64,000 nucleotides of DNA from Eledone cirrhosa (Eukaryota): NCBI GenBank assembly GCA_964016885.1, contig OZ024741.1:393948001-394012000 (forward strand), written 5' to 3'. Below are positions 1 to 16,700 of this stretch, one piece after another (the first letter of the stretch is position 1; every line of letters starts with the position of its first letter). A model generated the notes under the pieces. That model did not search any database. It had not been told where the DNA came from and saw only the letters and a list, made by a program, of their open reading frames with translations. A program made the position numbers and the translations under genes.

Positions 1-1739
1 TTGTAAACAATATTAACACATGTAAAGTATTATATTGTAAACAATATGAAAACATGTGAAGTATTATATCATAAACAATATTAACGCATGTGAAGTATTA
101 TATTGTAAACAATATTAACACTTGTGAAGTATTATATCATAAACAATATTAAAACATGTGAAGTATTATATTGTAAACAATATTAACACATGTAAAGTAT
201 TATATTGTAAACAATATTAAAACATGTGAAGTATTATATCATAAACAATATTAACACATGTGAAGTATTATATCATAAACAATATTAAAACTTGTGAAGT
301 ATTATATTGTAAACAATATTAACGCATGTGAAGTATGATATTATAAACAATATTAAAACATGTGAAGTATTATATCATAAACAATATTAACACATGTGAA
401 GTATTATATCATAAACAATATTAAAACATGAGAAGTATTATACTGTAAACAATATTAAAACATGTGAAGTATTATATTGTAAACAATATTTACACATGTG
501 AAGTATTATATTGTAAACAATATTAACACATGTGAAGTATTATATTGTAAACAATATTTACACATGTGAAGTATTATATCATAAACAATATTAAAATATG
601 TGAAGTATTATATTGTAAACAATATTAACACATGTGAAGTATTATATTGTAAACAATATTAAAACATGTGAAGTATTATATCATAAACAATATTAACGCA
701 TGTGAAGTATTATATTGTAAACAATATTAAAACATGTAAAGTATTATATCATAAACAATATTAACGCATGTGAAGTATTATATTGTAAACAATATTAAAA
801 CATGTGAAGTATTATATCATAAACAATATTAACACATGAGAAGTATTATATCATAAACAATATTAAAACATGTGAAGTATTATATTGTAAACAATATTAA
901 CGCATGTGAAGTATTATATTGTAAACAATATTAAAACATGTGAAGTATTTCATCATAAACAATATTAACGCATGTGAAGTATTATATTGTAAACAATATT
1001 AAAACATGTGAAGTATTATATCATAAACAATATTAAAACATGTGAAGTATTATATTGTAAACAATATTAACGCATGTGAAGTATTATATTGTAAACAATA
1101 TTAAAACATGTGAAGTATTATATCATAAACAATATTAACGCATGTGAAGTATTATATTGTAAACAATATTAAAACATGTGAAGTATTATATCATAAACAA
1201 TATTAACACATGTGAAGTATTATATCATAAACAATATTAAAACATGTGAAGTATTATACTGTAAACAATATTAAAACATGTGAAGTATTATATTGTAAAC
1301 AATATTAAAACATGTGAAGTATTATATTGTAAACAATATTAAAACATGTGAAGTATTATATTGTAAACAATATTAAAACATGTGTAGAATTATATTGTAA
1401 ACAATATTAACACATGTAATGTATTATATTGTAAACAATATTAAAACATGTGAAGTATTATATTGTAAACAATATTAAAACATGTGAAGTATTATATTGT
1501 AAACAATATTAACACATGTAAAGTAATATATTGTAAACAATATTAAAACATGTGAAGTATTATATTGTAGACAATATTAACACATGTGAAGTATTATATT
1601 GTAAACAATATTAAAACATGTGAAGTATTATATTTTAAACAATATTAACACATGTGAAGTATTATATTGTAAACAATATTAAAACATGTGAAGTATTATG
1701 TCATAAACAATATTAACACATGTGAAGTATTATATTGTA

Positions 1740-4220
1740 AACAATATTAAAACATGTGAAGTATTATATTGTAAACAATATTAAAACATGTGAAGTATGA
1801 TATCATAAACAATATTAACGCATGTGAAGTATTATATTATAAACAATATTAAAACATGTGAAGTATTATATCATAAACAATATTAACACATGTGAAGTAT
1901 TATATGATAAACAATATTAAAACATGTGAAGTATTATATTGTGAACAATATTAAAACATGTGAAGTATTATATTGTAAACAATATTAAAACATGTGAAGT
2001 ATTATATTGTAAACAATATTAAAACATGTGAAGTATTATATTGTAAACAATATTAACGCATGTGAAGTATTATATCATAAACAATATTAACACATGTGAA
2101 GTATTATATTGTAAACAACATTAAAACGTGAAGTATTATATTGTAAACAATATTAACACATGTAAAGTATTATATTGTAAACAATATTAAAACATGTGAA
2201 GTATTATATTGTAAACAATATTAAAACATGTGAAGTATTATATTGAAAACAATATTAACACATGTAAAGTAATATATTGTAAACAATATTAAAACATGTG
2301 AAGTATTATATTGTAGACAATATTAACACATGTGAAGTATTATATTGTAAACAATATTAAAACATGTGAAGTATTATATTTTAAACAATATTAACACATG
2401 TGAAGTATTATATTGTAAACAATATTAAAACATGTGAAGTATTATGTCATAAACAATATTAACACACGTGAAGTATTATATTGTAAATAATATTAACACA
2501 TGTGAAGTATTATATCATAAACAATATTAAAACATGTGAAGTATTATATTGTAAACAATATTAACACATGTGAAGTATTATATTGTAAACAATATTAAAA
2601 CATGTGAAGTATTATATCATAAACAATATTAACGCATGTGAAGTATTATATTGTAAACAATATTAAAACATGTGAAGTATTATATCATAAACAATATTAA
2701 CACATGTGAAGTATTATATCATAAACAATATTAAAACATGTGAAGTATTATACTGTAAACAATATTAAAACATGTGAAGTATTATATTGGAAACAATATT
2801 AAAACATGTGAAGTATTATATTGTAAACAATATTAAAACATGTGAAGTATTATATTGTAAACAATATTAAAACATGTGTAGAATTATATTGTAAACAATA
2901 TTAACACATGTAAAGCATTATATTGTAAACAATATTAAAACATGTGAAGTATTGTATAGTAAACAATATTAACACATGTAAAGTATTATATTGTAAACAA
3001 TATTAAAACGTGAAGTATTATATCATAAACAATATTAACGCATGTGAAGTATTATATTGTAAACAATATTAACACATGTGAAGTATTATATCATAAACAA
3101 TATTAAAACATGTGAAGTATTATATTGTAAACAATATTAACACATGTAAAGTATTATATTGTAAACAATATTAAAACATGTGAAGTATTATATCATAAAC
3201 AATATTAACGCATGTGAAGTATTATATTGTAAACAATATTAAAACATGTGAAGTATTATATCATAAACAATATTAAAACATGTGAAGTATTATATTGTAA
3301 ACAATATTAACGCATGTGAAGTATTATATTGTAAACAATATTAAAACATGTGAAGTATGATATCATAAACAATATTAACGCATGTGAAGTATTATATTAT
3401 AAACAATATTAAAACATGTGAAGTATTATATCATAAACACTATTAACACATGTGAAGTATTATATGATAAACAATATTAAAACATGTGAAGTATTATATT
3501 GTGAACAATATTAAAACATGTGAAGTATTATATTGTAAACAATATTAAAACATGTGAAGTATTATATTGTAAACAATATTAAAACATGTGAAGTATTATA
3601 TTGTAAACAATATTAACGCATATGAAGTATTATATCATAAACAATATTAACACATGTGAAGTATTATATTGTAAACAACATTAAAACGTGAAGTATTATA
3701 TTGTAAACAATATTAACACATGTAAAGTATTATATTGTAAACAATATTAAAACATGTGAAGTATTATATTGTAAACAATATTAAAACATGTGAAGTATTA
3801 TATTGAAATCAATATTAACACATGTAAAGTAATATATTGTAAACAATATTAAAACATGTGAAGTATTATATTGTAGACAATATTAACACATGTGAAGTAT
3901 TATATTGTAAACAATATTAAAACATGTGAAGTATTATATTTTAAACAATATTAACACATGTGAAGTATTATATTGTAAACAATATTAAAACATGTGAAGT
4001 ATTATGTCATAAACAATATTAACACATGTGACGTATTATATTGTAAACAATATTAACACATGTGAAGTATTATATCATAAACAATATTAAAACATGTGAA
4101 GTATTATATTGTAAACAATATTAACACATGTGAAGTATTATATTGTAAACAATATTAAAACATGTGAAGTATTATATCATAAACAATATTAACGCATGTG
4201 AAGTATTATATTGTAAACAA
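1740..4220. repeat. Higher-order duplication with 1,560-bp offset (about 1740-2660 recurs at about 3300-4220)
   Basis: Shared rare variants GTGAACAAT at 1941/3501 and GTAAACAACATTAAAACGTG at 2111/3671. 1560 = 46x34 - 4 (two 2-bp deletions). Boundaries are approximate. Confidence 0.85.
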
Positions 4221-5949
4221 TATTAAAACATGTAAAGTATTATATCATAAACAATATTAACGCATGTGAAGTATTATATTGTAAACAATATTAAAACATG
4301 TGAAGTATTATATCATAAACAATATTAAAACATGTGAAGTATTATATCATAAACAATATTAAAACATGTGAAGTATTATATTGTAACCAATATTAACGCA
4401 TGTGAAGTATTATATTTTAAACAATATTAACACATGTGAAGTATTATATTGTAAACAATATTAAAACATGTGAAGTATTATGTCATAAACAATATTAACA
4501 CATGTGAAGTATTATATTGTAAACAATATTAACACATGTGAAGTATTATATCATAAACAATATTAAAACATGTGAAGTATTATATTGTAAACAATATTAA
4601 CACATGTGAAGTATTATATTGTAAACAATATTAAAACATGTGAAGTATTATATCATAAACAATATTAACGCATGTGAAGTATTATATTGTAAACAATATT
4701 AAAACATGTAAAGTATTATATCATAAACAATATTAACGCATGTGAAGTATTATATTGTAAACAATATTAACACATGTGAAGTATTATATTGTAAACAATA
4801 TTAAAACATGTGAAGTATTATATTATAAACAATATTAACACATGCGAAGTATGTAAACAATATTAACACATGTGAAGTATTATATCATAAACAATATTAA
4901 AACATGTGAAGTATTATATTGTAAACAATATTAACACATGTAAAGTATTATATTGTAAACAATAATAAAACGTGTGAAGTATTATATTGTAAACAATATT
5001 AACACATGTAAAGTATTATATTGTAAACAATATTAAAACATGTGAAGTATTATATTGTAAACAATATTAAAACATGTGAAGTACTATATCATAAACAATA
5101 TTAACACATGTGAAGTATTATATTGTAAACAATATTAAAACATGTGAAGTATAATATTGTAAACAATATTAACACATGTAAAGTATTATATTGTAAACAA
5201 TATTAAAACATGTGAAGTATTGTATTGTAAACAATAATAACACATGTAAAGTATTATATTGTAAACAGTATTAAAACATGTGAAGTATTATATCATAAAC
5301 AATATTAAAACATGTGAAGTATTATATTGTAAACAATATTAACGCATGTGAAGTATTATATTGTAAACAATATTAAAACATGTGAAGTATCATATCATAA
5401 ACAATATTAACGCATGTGAAGTATTATATTATAAACAATATTAAAACATGTGAAGTATTATATCATAAACAATATAAACACATGTGAAGTATTATATCAT
5501 AAACAATATAAAACATGTGAAGTATTATACTGTAAACAATATTAAAACATGTGAAGTATTATATTGTAAACAATATTAAAACATGTGAAGTATTATATTG
5601 TAAACAATATTAACGCATGTGAAGTATTATATCATAAACAATATTAACACATGTGAAGTATTATATTGTAAACAATATTAATACGTGAAGTATTATATTG
5701 TAAACAATATTAACACATGTAAAGTATTATATTGTAAACAATATTAAAACATGTGAAGTATTATATCATAAACATTATTAACACATGTGAAGTATTATAT
5801 TGTAAACAATATTAACACATATGAAGTATTATATTGTAAACAATATTAACACATGTGAAGTATTATATTGTAAACAATATTAAAACATGTGAAGTATTAT
5901 ATTGTAAACAATATTAAAACATGTGAAGTATTATATTGAAAACAATATT

Positions 5950-8900
5950 AACACATGTAAAGTATTATATTGTAAACAATATTAAAACATGTGAAGTATT
6001 ATATTGTAAACAATATTAACACATGTGAAGTATTATATTGTAAACAATATTAAAACATGTGAAGTATTATATTTTAAACAATATTAACACATGTGAAGTA
6101 TTATATCGTAAACAATATTAACGCATGTGAAGTATTATATTTTAAACAATATTAAAACATGTGAAGTATTATATCATAAACAATATTAACGCATGTGAAG
6201 TATTATATTGTAAACAATATTAAAACATGTGAAGTATTATATCATAAACAATATTAAAACATGTGAAGTATTATATTGTAAACAATATTAACGCATGTGA
6301 AGTATTATATTGTAAACAATATTAAAACATGTGAAGTATTATATCATAAACAATATTAACACATGTGAAGTATTATATTGTAAACAATATTAACACATGT
6401 GAAGTATTATATCATAAACAATATTAAAACATGTGAAGTATTATATTGTAAACAATATTAACACATGTGAAGTATTATATTGTAAACAATATTAAAACAT
6501 GTGAAGTATTATATCATAAACAATATTAACGCATGTGAAGTATTATATTGTAAACAATATTAAAACATGTAAAGTATTATATCATAAACAATATTAACGC
6601 ATGTGAAGTATTATATTGTAAACAATATTAAAACATGTGAAGTATTATGTCATAAACAATATTAACACATGTGAAGTATTATATTGTAAACAATATTAAC
6701 ACATGTGAAGTATTATATCATAAACAATATTAAAACATGTGAAGTATTATATTGTAAACAATATTAACACATGTGAAGTATTATATTGTAAACAATATTA
6801 AAACATGTGAAGTATTATATCATAAACAATATTAACGCATGTGAAGTATTATATTGTAAACAATATTAAAACATGTAAAGTATTATATCATAAACAATAT
6901 TAACGCATGTGAAGTATTATATTGTAAACAATATTAACACATGTGAAGTATTATATTGTAAACAATATTAAAACATGTGAAGTATTATATTATAAACAAT
7001 ATTAACACATGTGAAGTATGTAAACAATATTAACACATGTGAAGTATTATATCATAAACAATATTAAAACATGTGAAGTATTATATTGTAAACAATATTA
7101 AAACATGTGAAGTATTATATTGTAAACAATATTAACACATGTAAAGTATTATATTGTAAACAATATTAAAACATGTGAAGTATTATATCATAAACAATAT
7201 TAAAACATGTGAAGTATTATACTGTAAACAATATTAAAACATGTGAAGTATTATATTGTAAACAATATTAAAACATGTGAAGTATTATATTGTAAACAAT
7301 ATTAAAACATGTGAAGTATTATATTGTAAACAATATTAACCCATGTGAAGTATTATATCATAAACAATATTTACACATGTGAAGTATTATATTGTAAAAA
7401 TATTTAAACATGTGAAGTATTATATTGTAAACAATATTAACACATGTAAAGTATTATATTGTAAACAATATTAAAACATGTGAAGTATTATATTGTAAAC
7501 AATATTAAAACGTGTGAAGTATTATATTGTAAACAATATTAACATATGTAAAGTATTATATTGTAAACAATATTAACACATGTAAAGTATTATATTGTAA
7601 ACAATATTAAAACATGTGAAGTATTATATCATAAACATTATTAACACATGTGAAGTATTATATTGTAAACAATATTAACACATATGAAGTATTATATTGT
7701 AAACAATATTAACACATGTGAAGTATTATATTGTAAACAATATTAAAACATGTGAAGTATTATATTGTAAACAATATTAAAACATGTGAAGTATTATATT
7801 GAAAACAATATTAACACATGTAAAGTATTATATTGTAAACAATATTAAAACATGTGAAGTATTATATTGTAAACAATATTAAAACATGTGAAGTATTATA
7901 TTTTAAACAATATTAACACATGTGAAGTATTATATCGTAAACAATATTAACGCATGTGAAGTATTATATTTTAAACAATATTAAAACATGTGAAGTATTA
8001 TATCATAAACAATATTAACGCATGTGAAGTATTATATTGTAAACAATATTAAAACATGTGAAGTATTATATCATAAACAATATTAAAACATGTGAAGTAT
8101 TATATTGTAAACAATATTAACGCATGTGAAGTATTATATTGTAAACAATATTAAAACATGTGAAGTATTTCATCATAAACAATATTAACGCATGTGAAGT
8201 ATTATATTGTAAACAATATTAAAACATGTGAAGTATTATATCATAAACAATATTAAAACATGTGAAGTATTATATTGTAAACAATATTAACGCATGTGAA
8301 GTATTATATTGTAAACAATATTAAAACGTGTGAAGTATTATATCATAAACAATATTAACACATGTAAAGTATTATATTGTAAACAATATTAAAACATGTG
8401 AAGTATTATATTGTAAACAATATTAACACATGTGAAGTATTATATTGTAAACAATATTAAAACATGTGAAGTATTATATTTTAAACAATATTAACACATG
8501 TGAAGTATTATATCGTAAACAATATTAACGCATGTGAAGTATTATATTTTAAACAATATTAAAACATGTGAAGTATTATATCATAAACAATATTAACGCA
8601 TGTGAAGTATTATATTGTAAACAATATTAAAACATGTGAAGTATTATATCATAAACAATATTAAAACATGTGAAGTATTATATTGTAAACAATATTAACG
8701 CATGTGAAGTATTATATTGTAAACAATATTAAAACATGTGAAGTATTATATCATAAACAATATTAACACATGTGAAGTATTATATTGTAAACAATATTAA
8801 CACATGTGAAGTATTATATCATAAACAATATTAAAACATGTGAAGTATTATATTGTAAACAATATTAACACATGTGAAGTATTACATTGTAAACAATATT

Positions 8901-10760
8901 AAAACATGTGAAGTATTATATCATAAACAATATTAACGCATGTGAAGTATTATATTGTAAACAATATTAAAACATGTAAAGTATTATATCATAAACAATA
9001 TTAACGCATGTGAAGTATTATATTGTAAACAATATTAAAACATGTGAAGTATTATGTCATAAACAATATTAACACATGTGAAGTATTATATTGTAAACAA
9101 TATTAACACATGTGAAGTATTATATCATAAACAATATTAAAACATGTGAAGTATTATATTGTAAACAATATTAACACATGTGAAGTATTATATTGTAAAC
9201 AATATTAAAACATGTGAAGTATTATATCATAAACAATATTAACGCATGTGAAGTATTATATTGTAAACAATATTAAAACATGTAAAGTATTATATCATAA
9301 ACAATATTAACGCATGTGAAGTATTATATTGTAAACAATATTAACACATGTGAAGTATTATATTGTAAACAATATTAAAACATGTGAAGTATTATATTAT
9401 AAACAATATTAACACATGTGAAGTATGTAAACAATATTAACACATGTGAAGTATTATATCATAAACAATATTAAAACATGTGAAGTATTATATTGTAAAC
9501 AATATTAAAACATGTGAAGTATTATATTGTAAACAATATTAACACATGTAAAGTATTATATTGTAAACAATATTAAAACATGTGAAGTATTATATCATAA
9601 ACAATATTAAAACATGTGAAGTATTATACTGTAAACAATATTAAAACATGTGAAGTATTATATTGTAAACAATATTAAAACATGTGAAGTATTATATTGT
9701 AAACAATATTAAAACATGTGAAGTATTATATTGTAAACAATATTAACCCATGTGAAGTATTATATCATAAACAATATTTACACATGTGAAGTATTATATT
9801 GTAAAAATATTTAAACATGTGAAGTATTATATTGTAAACAATATTAACACATGTAAAGTATTATATTGTAAACAATATTAAAACATGTGAAGTATTATAT
9901 TGTAAACAATATTAAAACGTGTGAAGTATTATATTGTAAACAATATTAACATATGTAAAGTATTATATTGTAAACAATATTAACACATGTAAAGTATTAT
10001 ATTGTAAACAATATTAAAACATGTGAAGTATTATATCATAAACATTATTAACACATGTGAAGTATTATATTGTAAACAATATTAACACATATGAAGTATT
10101 ATATTGTAAACAATATTAACACATGTGAAGTATTATATTGTAAACAATATTAAAACATGTGAAGTATTATATTGTAAACAATATTAAAACATGTGAAGTA
10201 TTATATTGAAAACAATATTAACACATGTAAAGTATTATATTGTAAACAATATTAAAACATGTGAAGTATTATATTGTAAACAATATTAAAACATGTGAAG
10301 TATTATATTTTAAACAATATTAACACATGTGAAGTATTATATCGTAAACAATATTAACGCATGTGAAGTATTATATTTTAAACAATATTAAAACATGTGA
10401 AGTATTATATCATAAACAATATTAACGCATGTGAAGTATTATATTGTAAACAATATTAAAACATGTGAAGTATTATATCATAAACAATATTAAAACATGT
10501 GAAGTATTATATTGTAAACAATATTAACGCATGTGAAGTATTATATTGTAAACAATATTAAAACATGTGAAGTATTTCATCATAAACAATATTAACGCAT
10601 GTGAAGTATTATATTGTAAACAATATTAAAACATGTGAAGTATTATATCATAAACAATATTAAAACATGTGAAGTATTATATTGTAAACAATATTAACGC
10701 ATGTGAAGTATTATATTGTAAACAATATTAAAACGTGTGAAGTATTATATCATAAACAAT
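5950..10760. repeat. Near-perfect tandem duplication of a 2,407-bp (71-monomer) unit
   Basis: Markers are offset by exactly 2407: ATTTTAAA 6071/8478, 6-bp deletion GTATGTAAAC 7016/9423, CCC 7340/9747, GTAAAAATATTT 7394/9801, CGTGTG 8327/10734. 2407 = 71x34 - 7. Confidence 0.92.
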
Positions 10761-13700
10761 ATTAACGCATGTGAAGTATTATATTGTAAACAATATTAAA
10801 ACATGTGAAGTATTATATCATAAACAATATTAACACATGTGAAGTATTATATCATAAACAATATTAAAACATGTGAAGTATTATACTGTAAACAATATTA
10901 AAACATGTGAAGTATTATATTGGAAACAATATTAAAACATGTGAAGTATTATATTGTAAACAATATTAAAACATGTGAAGTATTATATTGTAAACAATAT
11001 TAAAACATGTGTAGAATTATATTGTAAACAATATTAACACATGTAAAGTATTATATTGTAAACAATATTAAAACATGTGAAGTATTGTATAGTAAACAAT
11101 ATTAACACATGTAAAGTATTATATTGTAAACAATATTAAAACGTGAAGTATTATATCATAAACAATATTAACGCATGTGAAGTATTATATTGTAAACAAT
11201 ATTAACACATGTGAAGTATTATATCATAAACAATATTAAAACATGTGAAGTATTATATTGTAAACAATATTAACACATGTAAAGTATTATATTGTAAACA
11301 ATATTAAAACATGTGAAGTATTATATCATAAACAATATTAACGCATGTGAAGTATTATATTGTAAACAATATTAAAACATGTGAAGTATTATATCATAAA
11401 CAATATTAAAACATGTGAAGTATTATATTGTAAACAATATTAACGCATGTGAAGTATTATATTGTAAACAATATTAAAACATGTGAAGTATGATATCATA
11501 AACAATATTAACGCATGTGAAGTATTATATTATAAACAATATTAAAACATGTGAAGTATTATATCATAAACAATATTAACACATGTGAAGTATTATATCA
11601 TAAACAATATTAAAACATGTGAAGTATTATATTGTAAACAATATTAAAACATGTGAAGTATTATATTGTAAACAATATTAAAACATGTGAAGTATTATAT
11701 TGTAAACAATATTAAAACATGTGAAGTATTATATTGTAAACAATATTAACGCATGTGAAGTATTATATCATAAACAATATTAACACATGTGAAGTATTAT
11801 ATCATAAACAATATTAAAACGTGAAGTATTATATTGTAAACAATATTAACACATGTAAAGTATTATATTGTAAACAATATTAAAACATGTGAAGTATTAT
11901 ATTGTAAACAATATTAAATCATGTGAAGTATTATATAGAAAACAATATTAACAGATGTAAAGTAATATATTGTAAACAATATTAAAACATGTGAAGTATT
12001 ATATTGTAGACAATATTAACACATGTGAAGTATCATATAGTAAACAATATTAACACATGTGAAGTATTATATTGTAAACAATATTAAAACATGTGAAGTA
12101 TTATATCATAAACAATATTAACGTATGTGAAGTATTATATTGTAAACAATATTAAAACATGTAAAGTATTATATCATAAACAATATTAACGCATGTGAAG
12201 TATTATATTGTAAACAATATTAAAACATGTGAAGTATTATATCATAAACAATATTAAAACATGTGAAGTATTATATCATAAACAATATTAAAACATGTGA
12301 AGTATTATATTGTAAACAATATTAACGCATGTGAAGTATTATATTGTAAACAATATTAAAACATGTGAAGTATTATATCATAAACAATATTAACGCATGT
12401 GAAGTATTATATTGTAAACAATATTAAAACATGTGAAGTATTATATCATAAACAATATTAACACATGTGAAGTATTATATCATAAACAATATTAACACAT
12501 GTGAAGTATTATATCATAAACAATATTAAAACATGTGAAGTATTATATTGTAAACAATATTAAAACATGTGAGGTATTATATTGTAAACAATATTAACAC
12601 ATGTGAAGTATTATATTGTAAACAATATTAAAACATGTGAAGTATTATATTGTAAACAATATTAACACATGTGAAGTATTATATTGTAAACAATATTAAC
12701 ACATGTGAAGTATTATATTGTAAACAATATTAAAACATGTGAAGTATTATATTGTAAACAATATTAACACATGTAAAGTATTATATTGTAAACAATAGTA
12801 AAACATGTGAAGTATGATATCATAAACAATATTAACACATGTGAAGTATTATATTGTAATCAATATTAAAACATGTGAATTATTATATTGTAAACAATAT
12901 TAAAATATGTGAATTATTATATTGTAAACAATATTAACACATGTGAAGTATTATATTGTAAACAATATTAAAACATGTGAAGTATTATATTGTAAACAAT
13001 ATTAACACATGTGAAGTATTATATTGTATACAATATTAAAACATGTGAAGTATTATATTTTAAACAATATTAACACATGTGAAGTATTATATTGAAAACA
13101 ATATTAACACATGTAAAGTATTATATTGTAAACAATATTAAAACGTGAAGTATTATATTGTAAACAATATTAACACATGTAAAGTATTATATTGTAAACA
13201 ATATTAAAACATGTGAAGTATTATATTGTAAACAATATTAAAACATGTGAAGTATTATATTGAAAACAACATTAACACATGTAAAGTAATATATTGTAAA
13301 CAATATTAAAACACATGAAGTATTATATTGTAGACAATATTAACACATGTGAAGTATTATATTGTAAACAATATTAAAACATGTGAAGTATTATATTTTA
13401 AACAATATTAACACATGTGAAGTATTATATTGTAAACAATATTAAAACATGTGAAGTATTATGTCATAAACAATATTAACACATGTGAAGTATTATATTG
13501 TAAACAATATTAACACATGTGAAGTATTATATCATAAACAATATTAAAACATGTGAAGTATTATATTGTAAACAATATTAACACATGTGAAGTATTATAT
13601 TGTAAACAATATTAAAACATGTGAAGTATTATATCATAAACAATATTAACGCATGTGAAGTATTATATTGTAAACAATATTAAAACATGTAAAGTATTAT

Positions 13701-16700
13701 ATCATAAACAATATTAACGCATGTGAAGTATTATATTGTAAACAATATTAACACATGTGAAGTATTATATTGTAAACAATATTAAAACATGTGAAGTATT
13801 ATATTATAAACAATATTAACACATGTGAAGTATGTAAACAATATTAACACATGTGAAGTATTATATCATAAACAATATTAAAACATGTGAAGTATTATAT
13901 TGTAAACAATATTAAAACATGTGAAGTATTATATTGTAAACAATATTAACACATGTAAAGTATTATATTGTAAACAATATTAAAACATGTGAAGTATTAT
14001 ATCATAAACAATATTAAAACATGTGAAGTATTATACTGTAAACAATATTAAAACATGTGAAGTATTATATTGTAAACAATATTAAAACATGTGAAGTATT
14101 ATATTGTAAACAATATTAAAACATGTGAAGTATTATATTGTAAACAATATTAACACATGTGAAGTATTATATTGTAAACAATATTAAAACATGTGAAGTA
14201 TTATATTTTAAACAATATTAAAACATGTGAAGTATTATATCATAAACAATATTAACGCATGTGAAGTATTATATTGTAAACAATATTAAAACATGTAAAG
14301 TATTATATCATAAACAATATTAACGCATGTGAAGTATTATATTGTAAACAATATTAAATCATGTGAAGTATTATATCATAAATAATATTAACACATGAGA
14401 AGTATTATATCATAAACAATATTAAAACATGTGAAGTATTATATTGTAAACAATATTAACGCATGTGAAGTATTATATTGTAAACAATATTAAAACATGT
14501 GAAGTATTTCATCATAAACAATATTAACGCATGTGAAGTATTATATTGTAAACAATATTAAAACATGTGAAGTATTATATCATAAACAATATTAAAACAT
14601 GTGAAGTATTATATTGTAAACAATATTAACGCATGTGAAGTATTATATTGTAAACAATATTAAAACGTGTGAAGTATTATATCATAAACAATATTAACGC
14701 ATGTGAAGTATTATATTGTAAACAATATTAAAACATGTGAAGTATTATATCATAAACAATATTAACACATGTGAAGTATTATATCATAAACAATATTAAA
14801 ACATGTGAAGTATTATACTGTAAACAATATTAAAACATGTGAAGTATTATATTGGAAACAATATTAAAACATGTGAAGTATTATATTGTAAACAATATTA
14901 AAACATGTGAAGTATTATATTGTAAACAATATTAAAACATGTGTAGAATTATATTGTAAACAATATTAACACATGTAAAGTATTATATTGTAAACAATAT
15001 TAAAACATGTGAAGTATTGTATAGTAAACAATATTAACACATGTAAAGTATTATATTGTAAACAATATTAAAACGTGAAGTATTATATCATAAACAATAT
15101 TAACGCATGTGAAGTATTATATTGTAAACAATATTAACACATGTGAAGTATTATATCATAAACAATATTAAAACATGTGAAGTATTATATTGTAAACAAT
15201 ATTAACACATGTAAAGTATTATATTGTAAACAATATTAAAACATGTGAAGTATTATATCATAAACATTATTAACACATGTGAAGTATTATATTGTAAACA
15301 ATATTAACACATATGAAGTATTATATTGTAAACAATATTAACACATGTGAAGTATTATATTGTAAACAATATTAAAACATGTGAAGTATTATATTGTAAA
15401 CAATATTAAAACATGTGAAGTATTATATTGAAAACAATATTAACACATGTAAAGTATTATATTGTAAACAATATTAAAACATGTGAAGTATTATATTGTA
15501 AACAATATTAACACATGTGAAGTATTATATTGTAAACAATATTAAAACATGTGAAGTATTATATTTTAAACAATATTAACACATGTGAAGTATTATATCG
15601 TAAACAATATTAACGCATGTGAAGTATTATATTTTAAACAATATTAAAACATGTGAAGTATTATATCATAAACAATATTAACGCATGTGAAGTATTATAT
15701 TGTAAACAATATTAAAACATGTGAAGTATTATATCATAAACAATATTAAAACATGTGAAGTATTATATTGTAAACAATATTAACGCATGTGAAGTATTAT
15801 ATTGTAAACAATATTAAAACATGTGAAGTATTATATCATAAACAATATTAACACATGTGAAGTATTATATTGTAAACAATATTAACACATGTGAAGTATT
15901 ATATCATAAACAATATTAAAACATGTGAAGTATTATATTGTAAACAATATTAACACATGTGAAGTATTATATTGTAAACAATATTAAAACATGTGAAGTA
16001 TTATATCATAAACAATATTAACGCATGTGAAGTATTATATTGTAAACAATATTAAAACATGTAAAGTATTATATCATAAACAATATTAACGCATGTGAAG
16101 TATTATATTGTAAACAATATTAAATCATGTGAAGTATTATATCATAAATAATATTAACACATGAGAAGTATTATATCATAAACAATATTAAAACATGTGA
16201 AGTATTATATTGTAAACAATATTAACGCATGTGAAGTATTATATTGTAAACAATATTAAAACATGTGAAGTATTTCATCATAAACAATATTAACGCATGT
16301 GAAGTATTATATTGTAAACAATATTAAAACATGTGAAGTATTATATCATAAACAATATTAAAACATGTGAAGTATTATATTGTAAACAATATTAACGCAT
16401 GTGAAGTATTATATTGTAAACAATATTAAAACGTGTGAAGTATTATATCATAAACAATATTAACGCATGTGAAGTATTATATTGTAAACAATATTAAAAC
16501 ATGTGAAGTATTATATCATAAACAATATTAACACATGTGAAGTATTATATCATAAACAATATTAAAACATGTGAAGTATTATACTGTAAACAATATTAAA
16601 ACATGTGAAGTATTATATTGGAAACAATATTAAAACATGTGAAGTATTATATTGTAAACAATATTAAAACATGTGAAGTATTATATTGTAAACAATATTA

